Positions 12,951-25,914 of a stretch of 64,000 nt of DNA are shown piece after piece. The stretch's first letter is position 1; every line of letters begins with the position of its first letter. The stretch is from Paraphysomonas bandaiensis (taxonomy: Eukaryota > Protista > Chrysophyceae): NCBI GenBank assembly GCA_965644295.1, contig CBFFRP010000425.1, forward strand, positions 62,001 through 126,000, read 5' to 3'. The position numbers were made by a program, and so were the translations under genes. The notes under the pieces are model-generated. The model was not told the DNA's origin, did not search any database, and was given only the letters and a program-made list of their open reading frames with translations.

Positions 12951-14084
12951 TATGCAGCGCAGATAGATAGATATATGTTACGGGTAGTAAAGTGTAATTT
13001 TGCCGAATTATTAATAAGTTGGATGTGTTATAACACGGATCTGATAATTAGTGATGCTTGACATTCTGCCCCATCCTTTATTAGTGTACTCAGTAGTACT
13101 TGATATAGGTCAACTACAGGTCCTAACTATATCGTCCCGCTGTCACAAGAGCTCAAGTTAACCATAGAAGGATACTAAAGCAATGGTAACTGTGAGGCAT
13201 TGAAGTTCATACATAAAGGTGATGATAGACGTCTAATATTGGAGCCACACGGCTCTTCTAGTTGTTATTAGTATCTTTACATTTATGTATGTTTCCAGTG
13301 CAACTGACTCGGAGGCTGTGTGCATGTGTGCACAGGGTCAGTCAGTCAACAATATACTATGGGATTGAAATTATATATATATGCTTCTTGCTACAATATA
13401 TTGATTACTATTTAGCAAAATTTGGCCTAGTTCTGTTGCGCAGTCCCACTCTCCTCAATCAGATGTTGCCTCTTTTGCACCATCACACTCCCTCTCGACT
13501 CCCTGTTGCTGGACACACCGGATGACCCTCATATCCCACCCCTGTCCAGCTATACCCTCTCTTGCATGTGCTCTCTACCGTTGGTTAAGACAGCAAAAGA
13601 GTCGATTTCGACGCTTCTTCACAGTAGGCCATAACCTTTTGCAAGACCTTCATCCACATACCTCCGAGCCACTTGGCACAATGCCTAAAGGAAGGCCACC
13701 AGATCGCCAATATAAGCAGGGTATAGTACTGTGTTCCCCTGGTTGCCGTGAGGTACATAAGGCAGTCCCCGATGCAAATTGCACACAATGTATGTGTAGT
13801 CTTAAGCGTTCCAGTGTTGAAGTAGTAGACTTAGATCACTGCTTTCACTTGTCATGCTGTACGTTGCACAACGTGTCCCCTACATACACATCTATCATAT
13901 AGCGCCGGTGAGTCCTAGGACACACGACAATGGCGAAACTCGCAATCAACATCAAGAACGGAAGTGGTCGCACCTTGGTGCTTGCGGCGACGCACAAGCA
14001 GCTTCTGTAGCGTTAAATAGTAGGATAAAGGAATTTGTGCTGATTAGTTATGGGTAGAGGTCTAACTAGTATGTCTAGCATTCA

Positions 14085-14973
14085 ACTAGCCACTATATTG
14101 GCACAGGTTTTTAACGCCTATTGCTAAATAAAAAGACTTTCAATATTGGCCACATAATATATTGATATATATTGCTCATCATACCAGTGTGTCTTAGAAA
14201 ATATACTTGGTTAATCATAAACTACTCTTCATAATCACATAACTCATCTACTATAATAACATTGAACAATTATGTTAACTATCTGCTACGAAGAACGCTA
14301 TTCATGTTCAATATTAGAATTCGTACTGTCTCTTAGATTACAGTGTGCATGATATAAAGCAGGGCTAGGGAACAATGTTTCTATTTCTAGAAATTCTATT
14401 TCTAGATTGCGTTCCGTCAATACTAATGATACCAACCAGACCAACAATACTATTGAAATATATTGTGAGCTACTTTAACAGAAACAGAATCAAAATTGAT
14501 GGAACGTTTTGGCCTGTCAACCAATATATTGCAATTCAATATTATATTGTATATTGCAGGGACTGGTAGCCGTTAATGGTAATGGAATTAATGGCCGTTA
14601 ATGGTAATGTCATTATAATTGCCGGGACATTATAATGCTACTATGTATAAGAAGATCCTGATGTGCCAGTAGAGAGCGAGAAGTAGATACGATTCTTTGT
14701 CTTTATTTAACAAAAATTAGTAATTAAGGGAGCACCACACTATCTAATTATGTACTAATATCTATTAATGAGCCATTAATGGTCATTGTAATTGCCCGGA
14801 CCTTTTGCTTAATGCTATTGTAATTGCCGGGAACTGAACAACCAGTAATATTGTTACTGAGGCCTGATATAAAATATAAAGCACACACAGTCCCGTTCTT
14901 CCACTAGCCACTAATGGGTGCCGGCTTTCAACGCCTACTGCTAAATAACAAGACTTTCAATATACCGTTCTTC
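14085..14973 (+). repeat. Pair of ~62-bp diverged direct repeats (14085-14146 and 14903-14963); the second is flanked by a 9-bp duplication
   Basis: actagccact...aacgccta[t/c]tgctaaataa[a/c]aagactttcaatat occurs twice; ccgttcttc at 14893-14901 and 14965-14973. Confidence 0.75.
14557..14866. mobile_element. Degenerate non-autonomous DNA transposon (CAGGG terminus, TAATGG subterminal repeats)
   Basis: Starts cagggactggtagccgttaatggtaatggaattaatggcc, matching the 47880 mini-element, and ends gttactgaggcctg. No clean TSD. Confidence 0.5.
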
Positions 14974-15443
14974 TACATCTGACGAAGTATAGGACAAAAC
15001 TTGGGGTATTTGGTGATCCTGGTTTAAACGTTGACTCACGTTTTTGGTTTGGTTTACCTTAATAATGAAGTCACTTTTTTATGATTATTACTATAATATC
15101 GTAATTAAGATAGAAGATAGTTTCTGTTCAAACCGAATATTGAAATCGAATATCTGTATTTATGGGCGCACTGTTGTATCTAAGTCATGTTAAAAAACAT
15201 TTTTTACACAAAGTGAGGATAAGGCAACACTTTCTTGGTTGTCAAATGAGTGCTATATTCTATATTGAATTAACAACATGTTGACGGATATAACTGGGGA
15301 CATAGTTATATTTTAACTGAAACGTTATATAATGGAGCCAAAGATATTCGATCGATTGAAAAATTTCACAGCATCATTAGGAGTAAACGAGGTATAATAT
15401 AAACTAATTATATATATTACATATATGGCAACAACTATTCTGG

Positions 15444-16055
15444 CTACTTCCTATCTGTCATTGCCTCAAAGTTACGTAGCTTAGAAAGCTTGCTGGCATC
15501 ACTAGGAGTATAATTCATTTGCTTTTCATCAGGGGCCTGTGATCCATCTTTGAAAAAGGCATCATAGACTTTCACTTTCTTCTGTAAAACTTCTAAACGG
15601 TCAGTTAAAATTTTGTTTCTTTCTTCTAGAATTTCGTTTCGCTCATCTGCTGCAGATAGTTTCCCGCGAAGCAAGGCGATGAGAATATCTTTCTCTTGTA
15701 ATTGCTTCCTCAGGTCAGCCCTCGGCTTCCATTCACACTCCTCCAAATGCCCATTAACGCGATCACAAGTTCCTTGCCACTTACATCCTTCTTCCTTGTT
15801 TGGGCAGTACCTCTCAAGTGCAGCGAGCATATTACTGACAATCCGTCCCGGCCGTCTTATAGTGTCCGGATCAAGCGGCTCATGTGTTACTGGACATATA
15901 TCAGATCGAATCATCCATTCAAGCAATTCATCTTCACAAAACAAGTGCTCTGAAGGTGTTTGTACGGGCTTCTCTACCACCCCGTGACATATCGGACATA
16001 TGAGCTCATTAGATATGCGATCAGGATATACAAACACCTCTAACTCGAACCCCAT
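15444..16055 (-). CDS. RING/U-box-like E3 ligase with a TRAF/SIAH-type Zn finger and coiled coil
   Basis: LICPICHGVVEKPVQTPSEHLFCEDELLEWM...ICPV, then CPNKEEGCKWQG....GHLEEC, then a heptad-rich tail; single exon. Confidence 0.8.
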   Translation of the reverse strand: MGFELEVFVYPDRISNELICPICHGVVEKPVQTPSEHLFCEDELLEWMIRSDICPVTHEPLDPDTIRRPGRIVSNMLAALERYCPNKEEGCKWQGTCDRVNGHLEECEWKPRADLRKQLQEKDILIALLRGKLSAADERNEILEERNKILTDRLEVLQKKVKVYDAFFKDGSQAPDEKQMNYTPSDASKLSKLRNFEAMTDRK

Positions 16056-16566
16056 TACAATATGAGTGGGGGGAAGAGATGTGGAGGGGTGGATATCTAC
16101 TTACTTAAGAGTTATGTGTGTGTATGTATGTGTATGTGTGTGTGTAGTAACTTAACACTCTCATATGACAGTTTACTGTAACAGTATATACAGTATACAG
16201 TACAGTACTACAGGATACAAATAGAAATCATCACCAGCAGCAGATATCTATTCCCTCAGGAGTATACCGCCGTATACCACCACACACACATATGATACGA
16301 ATATACACGGACACAGACAACTCCACATAGACTGCTGCTGCTGCAGTACTGCTGTACATCACACTGTACAGAGGAGCGGTATGTATGTATGCATGGCAGC
16401 ATATGTACGTATGTATGTTATTATCCACACAGTATCTCATGTATGGTATGTATATATAGGCATGTACAGCATGAGAGTAGAGAGAGCACATATATAACTC
16501 TACAGCACAGTAATCACCATTGCATACCCTCTCTACCAGTCCCTCTACACTCTATCAACAGTTACA

Positions 16567-18520
16567 ATGCTTTGTTGTTTGCAGCAAATCGGCTTGTTGT
16601 CTCTTGTTTTAGTTGCATTGAAAGGTGTGCAGCTGCTCGTTAAGTTCATAGGACCCTTTCTTCGACCTGCCCCAAAGAAACTTACCGTACATATGACAAA
16701 AGAAGAGAGTGAAGATGTACTGAAAGATTACCCCAAATTTGACCTGAAGCAGTTAGATAATGAATCTAAGGTGGTGCATATGTGGGACCCCTCCACATTC
16801 GATTATTTCGGTAGTAAGGATGCAATGAGCGCTGATGAGGTGATGTCTGTTGTGGGACGAGCCAGAGAAGCTCAAGCGAAATGGCGTAACTCTTCTTTTG
16901 CTACCAGAAAGCTTCTTATGCGTACAATGCTGAGATATATCACTGAGAATCAAGTGAACTGTGCGCGTGTGGCGGTGAGGGAATCTGGAAAGACTCTTCT
17001 TGATGCCATCATCGGTGAGGTGCTAGTTACCTGCGAAAAGCTTGCTTGGCTTGCCGATTCAGGGGAGCAGTATTTAGTGCCTGAGTACAGAGATACCGGC
17101 AGAATGATGATGATGAAAAAGGTGCATGTGGAGTATATTCCTCTTGGAGTGATCGGCGCAATTGTCCCTTGGAATTACCCATTCCACAACGTATTCAATC
17201 CTGTGTCTGCTGCTCTCTTTTCTGGAAATGCCATTGTGATTAAAGTGTCTGAATATGCGTCGTGGTCTATTGACTATTACAAGAGAGTTATAGATGCTTG
17301 TCTGGATGCTGTTGGGGCCCCGAGGGATCTCGTGCAGTTTGTAGTAGGCTATGGTACAACTGGCGATGCCCTTGTTAAGTCTGGAGTGGACAAGGTGCGT
17401 AAACCTTCTCTTTGAATGCCTACGAATTAATTGTTGACTTTGATTAGATTATATTCGTTGGTTCTCCTGGTGTTGGCGCCCTCGTTGCTCGAAGCGCTTC
17501 CTACAATCTTACCCCAGTTGTCTTGGAGCTGGGAGGAAAGGACCCCTTCGTAGTGTGTGACGATGCTGATGTGAAAGATATTGTGCAAACAGCTTGCAGG
17601 TATTAAGTGACTGTGTATTTCTACCCAGTGGGAGTGTTGTGTTCTTGCTTTAATTGATGGGAGAGTTGTTGACGCTTTAATATATTGGTAACAGGGGCGT
17701 GTGGCAAAACATGGGCCAGAACTGTGCAGGTCCTGAGCGCTTTTTTGTTTATGAAAAAGTTTATGACGAGTTTTGTGATGGTGTGGTGCGCATCGTAAGC
17801 AAGATGAAGACAGGCCCTTCTTTGGGTGATCCCTATGTGGACTGTGGGGCGATTAGTATGGGAGCTCGTCAGATGGCTAACTATCAAAAACTAGTGGATG
17901 ATGCTGTACAGAAGGGTGCTCGCGTGTTAGCTGGAGGGTTTATTCCCAGTGGCAAAGACCCTCTTACTAGCGGGTCGTTTTATCCCCCGACAGTTCTTGC
18001 TGATGTACCGGAGAATGCCCTCATTGCCCAGGAGGAAATTTTCGGTCCGATCATGTGCATATTCAAGGTTCGTGGAAACTCAGATGACGAAGCTGTGCGT
18101 ATGGCCAATAACTGCGAATTTGCTCTTTCTTCTTGCGCCTTTTCCGGATCTGCAGAGCGCGCCAAGCGTGTAGCTGACCGCCTGAATGCTGGTATGTCTG
18201 CTGTCAACGATCTGGAAGGATGCACGTACATGAGTCAAAGTCTTCCTTTCGGTGGTTACAAGAAGAGTGGGTATGATAGGTTTGCTGGTCCCGAGGGACT
18301 CAGAGGCCTTTGCCTGATTCGCTCTGTCTGTGAAGATCTGATTCCTGCAGTGCGGAACAGTATCCCTGGACCGATGCAGTACCCATCCTCTGGTGTGGGC
18401 CACATGTTTGCCCAGGGGCTAATCCACATGTTTTACTCGACTTCTCTAGCTGGGAACCTCAAGGGCCTTTTTATGGTTATTAAGTATTCGATGACTAAGG
18501 GGCCTAAGAAGACAGACTAA
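16567..18520 (+). CDS. Aldehyde dehydrogenase with N-terminal membrane anchor (ALDH22/Msc7-like), 3 exons
   Basis: Exons 16567-17394, 17448-17599, 17695-18520. Motifs IVPWNYPFHN, KVSE, FVGSPGVG, LELGGKD, GQNC, EEIFGP, LPFGG.KKSG..RFAGPEGL. Confidence 0.93.
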
Positions 18521-19136
18521 GCTACAAGCGTATATGAAAGTTTGTGGGGCTGATTTTAACTGTGCGTTATAGTGAATAGTTTCCTCTGTGTGAACTATTT
18601 AAATGAACAAGTAGAGTTCTTCACTGCTATGCTCTATACTATGCAATACGATACATGATACACTACCATAGAAGCAGAGAACTAGCAATATTATATGAGG
18701 AAGTATATATTTTGGCATTATAGTGCGATGTATAGAGTATAAAAGTAGGAGAATAAGTTCATACAGAGTCAAGAATATGTCATTTAACGTTGAGACCACC
18801 TCGGAAATCGGAAATGATGTAGCTGTACGATAGCGTCACAAATATGACGATTTAAACCAGATTTTCAATTGCAGTGGTTAGTATATATTGTAAGCTAACT
18901 TAACACTTAACAGTAACAATATTGCTGGACGTTTTGTACAGTATATATTATATATATTGTTATATACATATATACTCTATACATTATGTAGTATGTAGAA
19001 TATATTAATCTATGTGATGTTAACAGCCGTTTCAGTGAAATCTAGAATCTAGACGTATCTTTGTTGTTTAAAACTATGTAATAATTGTCTACTGCACCTA
19101 AATTTGACTCTCTGTATATTTAATAAGATAAAGAAT

Positions 19137-19197
19137 CAGGGCCAGTCAAGGATATATTGCAATATATTGCAATCCAATATATTTTTGACTGGCCCTG
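19137..19197. mobile_element. 61-bp hairpin mini-element (MITE-like, CAGGG termini)
   Basis: cagggccagtcaa / ttgactggccctg is a perfect 13-bp TIR, extendable to 23 bp with 2 mismatches; core aatatattgcaat. Confidence 0.65.
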
Positions 19198-19416
19198 GTA
19201 GAAATATGATGAACTTGAGGTAGATAATAGACGAATAATTTAATCACGAATAGTTCAATAACAGGGAGATATCACTGAAGACTTCCTCTCGACATATATA
19301 TAAAAAATACATAGGGCCTTCTTGATAAAAATTCAACAAACATTCGGGTAAAGAAAACATTTATTATGCGAAAACATAGTCGGGATACGGAAATATACAC
19401 AACGAGAATAGCCTGC

Positions 19417-21088
19417 TTAAAACAATTTTTTCATATTGTTTTTACTCAGTAGAAGCTTCTTCCTATTCATCTTCGTTTGAATATTATCGCGTGAACTCCT
19501 TTATAATACACACAATTTAGTTTAACTTCCGAGCAATGACTAGCTACTTACTTAATGGCGAGTAGCTCACGCTCGGTGCTACTAATTTTTTCCCTGAGCT
19601 GGTTTGACAACCCCTGTTTGAAGACATGTAAGAACCTCTGTGGAAAACTTAAACACGGGTACCTCGTTTGTGCCCTCATTCCTCCTCAGTCCTTCCTTGA
19701 GCCTCACTAATCTTTCTTTTAGCTTCTTCTCACCTTCTCCGAGAGAGAGAAGCCCAAGAGCCCCTCCCCCATCCTTGCTCCGGCTGTGAGAAGGTCCACT
19801 TCTCCCATTCCCCCCACCCTCATTAGTACGGACAGAAAATAATGGTGGATTCCCTTGACCAGCCGTCGTGATATCCCTATCCGCAAAGGCTCCAGCACCA
19901 ACCCTATTGTTCATGAAGTCGAACACATCTGTCGCTTGGGAACTATGTTCGGCGGTAGAATCCTCATTCCCTCTCTTACGTTTCTTCTTTTTGCTCGGGA
20001 CTGACAGGACACATTAGCTCTGGATGAAACGCGAGAAACAATCACTATGTACCTGCATTTCCATCGGCATCCAATGTTTGCGAGCGGGCTTTGCGCTCCT
20101 CGGCTGTCTCGTGGATAAAGTCCAAGGACACTCCCTGGGGTAGGACAGTGAGTGCCTCTATAGGCTGCAGTCGCCCCTGTGACTCCTTTCCAAGCCCACA
20201 ACCTCTGTACATCTCTTACCCATGTACGCTATGAACATTTCATTGCAGATGACGTACCTGACATATCCCATCTTACTCATAAGTCTGCTACCAATTCCTA
20301 CATAGTGATCGTAAACGAAAATGGACAGCTTCATGCAGGGTGTTGTCATCAGATGTACCTTTCGTGTGTCTCTCCCAATCGCCTAGTCCCACACCATGGG
20401 CTTGTAATTGTCGCAACCCTTCCACTGCCAAACTATCTACATCGATAGCGTCCGTACTTTCATCACTGTCACTACCCTCGTCACTACCATGCTCATCCCA
20501 CTTGAGATTCCCGTTATGAATAGGAGAGGACTTCGTGAAGGGCACTACCCATAGAAGGTCTTCTGGCACCTCCACGACACCACCTGATTCCAATCTCACA
20601 TCAAGAATCGTTTCGTCTGTCCGAGAGAGACCTCTGGTCATTCGTTTTCCGATCTCTCCCGGGACATATATCCCTGTACTCATTCGCACAAGAACCCCAC
20701 ATCCAGGTGACGAAGATCCCAACACCTTCACCCGCTCTGTGTGCTCCACTTCCGTATATCTCGACAACACAGTGACATCCATTCTCATCCCAGCAGACCG
20801 CATCTCATACATGTTACGCGGATATATCCATGATATGAGATATGTATCGTCATTGAGTTGCTGTGTAGCAATAGCAAGATCCGTAGTGCCATCAGATAGT
20901 CGAGGAGCATGACAGATACATCCAATGAATAGATCAGGGGGGTCAATGAGCCAGTTAAGGGACAGTATGGCGTGTAGTATATGGAAGTATGGTTCAGTGA
21001 GCTCCTCTCTATTAGAGGGCGATAAGAGAAGTTCTGATAGAGTGATGTAGCTCGAGACACACTCTTCGAGTTGCCGTAGGACGGACAT
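19417..21088 (-). CDS. G-patch domain protein, ZGPAT-like, spliced
   Basis: GDWERHTKG|IGSRLMSKMGYVR|..GLGKESQG...PI G-patch across introns, MFDFMN motif, coiled-coil end, and a spliced terminus ...NNMKKLF* at 19417. No clear CCCH finger seen. Confidence 0.75.
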
Positions 21089-21155
21089 GGCTAGGGAGTG
21101 TGTGTGTGCATGTTAAGGGGGGTTCGACGAACATCTGACATCATGCCATCTATAT

Positions 21156-21590
21156 GTACATGTACTGCTGCTGACTGTGTATATATGTATGTACTGCTGT
21201 ACATGTACTGCTGCTGACTGTGTATATATGTATGTACTGCTGTACATGTACTGCTGCTGACTGCTTGCTGTGTATTTTTGTACTGAACAGATGGATGTAC
21301 TGCTGTACATGTACTGCTGCTGACTGTGTATATATGTATGTACTGCTGTACATGTACTGCTGCTGACTGCTTGCTGTGTATTTTTGTACTGAACAGATGG
21401 ATGTACTGCTGTACATGTACTGCTGCTGACTGTGTATATATGTATGTACTGCTGTACATGTACTGCTGCTGACTGCTTGCTGTGTATTTATGTACTGAAC
21501 AGATGGATGTACTGCTGTACATGTACTGCTGCTGACTGTGTAATGTGGATGTACTGCTGTACATGTACAGCTGCTGTATACAGCAGTACA
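21156..21590. repeat. Minisatellite of alternating 43-bp and 63-bp related units in a divergent intergenic region
   Basis: Core gtacatgtactgctgctgactg recurs about 8 times; the A and B units give a 106-bp higher-order period. Confidence 0.9.
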
Positions 21591-21694
21591 TTGTATATCA
21601 CATACAAAGCTGCATATGTATGCACTCACCTGCCCTCACATACCATACATATCTACCTTAATACATCCCCATAACCACATCCCTGTACAGGGAC

Positions 21695-23032
21695 ATGAAA
21701 CCAATGACCGAGAACATCAAACACATCTCTAAACTGTTCTTATCTCAACGTAACGCCTATGCGAAAGAGAGTATTAGCCGTGTATTATCTTGCATTCCAG
21801 CTGTAGAGTCTCCAGGGGCGTATATCATCACTCTAGACGACTCTTGTCTATATCCAGAGGGAGGAGGACAACCATCTGATGCTGGAACAGTTGATGGACA
21901 TCAAGTGATGAGTGTAGAGGGTGGGGAGGAGATGCGAGTGGTGTTGGATAGTCCACTAGAGGTGGGGAAGCAGGTTACTTGTAAGGTCAATTGGGACAAA
22001 CGGTACGATTTCATGCAACAACATACTTGCCAGCATCTTCTTAGTGCTGTTGTGCATGATCTCCACAAGGCAGAGACAGTCAAGTGGGAGTTGGGACGCA
22101 CTTCAGTTGCAGTCGACTTTGATTTCTCTTGCGACTTTAGTGCAGAACAGGTGACTGAGATCGAGCGTACAATGAACGAGCACATACGAGCGGCACGAGG
22201 AGTGTCGTGGTCTGTCTTTGGTCGTGAGGAGCTTGCTACGTTGCCGCTGTTAAGGGGGGCACCAAAAGGCGTTGCAGCAGAGTTCGAGCATCTTCGTGTA
22301 ATTACTATTGAGGGGCTGGACTCTAACCCCTGTGGAGGAACACATCTGAACAGCACGGCAGAGATACAGCTCTTCAAGGTTATAGCCGTTGAACGGGACC
22401 GAGGGGCTGCTAGGCTGCGATTTATATGTGGGGACAGAGTGATGCGCACTTTGTCGTCTTCTCTCGCTCGTGAATCCGAACTCGGAGTGCTGCTCTCTGT
22501 CCCACCTTCTGAGCAGTGTAGTGCAGTTGACAATTTACTAAAAGACAAGCGTGATACTACGAAAAAAAACAAAGCGATGATGGATGAGCTGGCTGCTCTC
22601 TACGGCCAATCTTTACTCACTCAATGGACAGAAACATGTCCTCGCGCCCCTTATATAGCTCGACACCGTCCAGGTGCGGCTCTACCGTTTTTGCAGATGG
22701 CTGGAGAGTCAATTTTACAGACAGCAGAATCTAAGGGCCTGAGCTTACACGCTGTTTACCTCAGTGGGTCCGAGGAAGATATTCCCCCGCCAGTTACAGG
22801 AAAGAAAAAGAAAGGAAAGGAAACTGTATACACGATGCCCCCCGTATTGTCTGGACCTTTTATTTTGTACGGTTCTCCACCATTGGTTACGAAAATGAAG
22901 GATCAGGTGTATGATGCGTTGCAGGCCCGGGGAGGAGGGAGGCCTGGTCGCTTGCAAGGTCAAGGGAATGCTTTGCAAAATATAGACGCTGTAGAGAGGT
23001 TATTTCAAAATGAATGCTCGAATTCGAGTTAG
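21695..23032 (+). CDS. AlaX-type alanyl-tRNA editing protein (AARSD1-like)
   Basis: LYPEGGGQPSDAG, MQQHTCQHLLSA (HxxxH), PCGGTHL (CxxxH), C-terminal GGGRPGRLQG; single exon. Confidence 0.92.
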   Translation: MKPMTENIKHISKLFLSQRNAYAKESISRVLSCIPAVESPGAYIITLDDSCLYPEGGGQPSDAGTVDGHQVMSVEGGEEMRVVLDSPLEVGKQVTCKVNWDKRYDFMQQHTCQHLLSAVVHDLHKAETVKWELGRTSVAVDFDFSCDFSAEQVTEIERTMNEHIRAARGVSWSVFGREELATLPLLRGAPKGVAAEFEHLRVITIEGLDSNPCGGTHLNSTAEIQLFKVIAVERDRGAARLRFICGDRVMRTLSSSLARESELGVLLSVPPSEQCSAVDNLLKDKRDTTKKNKAMMDELAALYGQSLLTQWTETCPRAPYIARHRPGAALPFLQMAGESILQTAESKGLSLHAVYLSGSEEDIPPPVTGKKKKGKETVYTMPPVLSGPFILYGSPPLVTKMKDQVYDALQARGGGRPGRLQGQGNALQNIDAVERLFQNECSNSS

Positions 23033-23666
23033 AGATTTCATTTTAAGAGTAATATGTTTAGTCGGTGTCATTTTTAATTCTACTAATTTTCCATCAGTTC
23101 CTACTAAACTAAAAATGACTGTTGAGCCGTATCTAAATTTAGTAGAATCGAAGAAATGTTTTAACCCAGTAGGAGTGTTTGAAAAATTTAGTAAGAAAAA
23201 AATGGCACTTTTTAGCCTGTTAGGTAAGTCGATTAATTTTAGCAGGGACCAGTATATTAGCGTATGCTTAGTCATCATGTAAATATGCTTATTCACGGAT
23301 GTATATATAATTTATACTGAATGGTTGAAACTATTCCTTATGAAGAAGGTATTTATCTATACGCTTTTAGAATACACAATATTAAATATTACATGATGTA
23401 GTCAATAGGGTCTGGTCTCCACAGTAAACAGTAACTGTTGAGCGTTTATTGCCTACCACAAAATTATATAAAATTCTTTTTCTATATTTAGGAAATCGAA
23501 CTGTTGCTTTCCTTATGTAGCTATACGAATTAAATCGTCAAATGAATTTTCACTTTTAAATTGTGCTGTATGAGACACAAAGGTGACATAGTTATTCATA
23601 ATTTCTATAACTACAACACAAAACTGCCCTAATTTACAGTCATGCCTACACTACTACCAATATTAT

Positions 23667-25688
23667 TTATTCAGCTGATTTCACTAACTGTACGGGAACA
23701 ATATGAATCTTTGTGTTCCCTCTCCACACACTCACAACTCCTCGATAGGCTGTCCTAGGTACGTTTGCCTTGATATTAGACATAGCACCAATCCAATTAG
23801 CGATGGAGACAAAGCTCTTGGAACGTCCCTCCAGTGATGAATATGCCACTCGAACCTGATGACACAATCGCCATTAGCCAGACATATTAATATGGTGCCT
23901 TTCTACCTCATTCACACCAGACTCCATCGCTTTCGTTAAAGCAGCCTGCGTGGGCTCAATCAAAGGTGCCTCTAAGACTCTAGAGATGTATTCCCTGTCC
24001 CATGTAGTACTAAATACCATGATATAAGTCGCACAAAATACTAAAAAACTTTACCTCTGCAGATATGTCAAGTCCATAGAGGTGAATGGCACGAACTCGG
24101 TATTCAACTGGATTTCGTCGATGAACTACAAAATATTTACATATCTCCATAATCCATACGATACGTAGACGAGGTCATACCTTACTATATTGTCCATTGC
24201 TAACACCAGATTTCCCAAAGTGGAAGGTTCTACATATCTCCGGTCTGATAGTATGCCTGCCCTTTCTATGCTCTGGCTCTCTCAACCAGTCATCCCAGTA
24301 GGCCTTGGGCCACTTCTGCTCCAGCTCGTTCCACACGCGGCTAAAAGAATATTAACATATAATACACAAAACAGGATCGTACATACCGGGACATCATCCA
24401 CCCTAGTCCTGGAAAGAAATCAGACCGGTAAAGAGCCTTCGGATCTCTCACCATTCCCTTCACGCCATTGTCATTCCATGCCGATGCAGCTATATCAACA
24501 AGATTGTAATGTTGCAAAATCATCAAGTACTGCAGTACCTAGCAAAGTTTCATCAGAGTCTATCATTGGAGCAACAGCAGCAAAAAACTCAAAGAAATCG
24601 GGTGCAATCTGTAGATCCTCCTCAAGAATGATAACACGCTTGGCAACTGGTGCACCGGCAGCAACAGGAGTCGAGAACACCTGATGCAGCGCCCACTTAA
24701 AGTGACGAGAAAGTTTGAAGTAACCATTCTGTGCTGGAGCAGCATGAGCAGGATGGTGAATATGCATCATTGGAACTGTTACTCCTCGCTCCCGCATAGA
24801 CCGAAACGCTTCCCGTACAACCTGACAATGCCATTAGCACCACAGCGATCCGGCAATTAGTGAATAAAAAATAGACAGTACCTCGTCAACAGCAGTTGAT
24901 TGACCGTCTTCCGAAACAAGCACAGATACAGATGTCCTACATGAGTAAAATTGTTAGGATTATCAACGGTGGAAAGATAGAGCCAAGCTACGGACTTAGG
25001 ATGGTGCTCTGCTACATGTTGCAATGTCCGCCTTAAATAGTCCGGTCTCTTACTAGACGCCACAATTAACAGCACTGTTGAAAGTCTTTCATCTTTCTCT
25101 TTCGCCGTTATAGCTGCTGCCTCCTCTTTTTCTTTTTGTATCTGCTGTTGAGCGGCCTGTTCTCTCTCTTCAGCTTCTTCTTTGGCATGCTCGGCCTCGT
25201 GCTGCTCATGATGAGAATAGAGGTCACTAATAACACCCTCCAGAGCTCCTATCTTATTCTGTAGACTTTCATAAGTGTCTCTAAGTTGATTCATATACTC
25301 CCCCACACCCTTCTTCTCTGAACTGTCCACCGAATCGATCTCACTTAGTTTACCTGATAGTGATTATAGCTGAATGAGACACATACACGGACAGTATCTC
25401 TCACTCACCCTCTAATTCAGGTACTTTAGCAGATATTTCATTCGTTCTTTCATTTAATTTCGATATAAAATCACTGATTCGTTTAACCATATCACTCGTT
25501 TCTCTATGAGAGTCTGTTACTTTATCTAACTGAGCCTTTGATTCAGATCGTAAGCTGTTTTCTAATATTTCAATCTCATGCCGTAGCTGCTGCACCTCAT
25601 TGTTAGGTGTGATGCGGTATAAGGCCACTAGAGACACCGCTATAATGAAGAGTATAACGAGATATTCTTTTGGTAAACGAGTTCTCAT
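23667..25688 (-). CDS. MGAT1: Alpha-1,3-mannosyl-glycoprotein beta-1,2-N-acetylglucosaminyltransferase I (GT13), multi-exon
   Basis: N-terminal TM and coiled-coil stem; motifs GYFKLSRHFKWAL, IILEEDLQIAPDFFEFF, SAWNDNG, LYRSDFFPGLGWM, VPRTAYRGVV. Confidence 0.92.
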
Positions 25689-25914
25689 TGCAACACTCTG
25701 CAGTATGCTCTCTATACTATGCTCTAGATCCTGAGCTTGAGATCATCACTGGATGTATGCTGGGTACTCCTGTAGTGTACCGTACCTAGCTATGGCTTGG
25801 ACCTGGTATGATATACTGCTGTTGAGTCTACCGTACTTCGAGAGAGTGCAGTGGTACAAACACTGTACAGCTGTACAACCTCCCATACCTCCATAAAATA
25901 TTCTGCTCTATGTA

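Noticed and set aside
13400-14060. Cys-containing ORFs suggesting a RING or zinc-finger gene
   Set aside because: No consistent ligand spacing or spliceable frame found on either strand; possibly a decayed relic.
2831-18520. Nitrile-degradation gene cluster (NHase + methyltransferase + ALDH)
   Set aside because: No amidase, aldoxime dehydratase or cobalt transporter; the neighbours are ordinary unrelated eukaryotic genes.
21091-21674. ORFs of 65-166 aa
   Set aside because: They arise from the minisatellite; the same peptide cycles through all frames.
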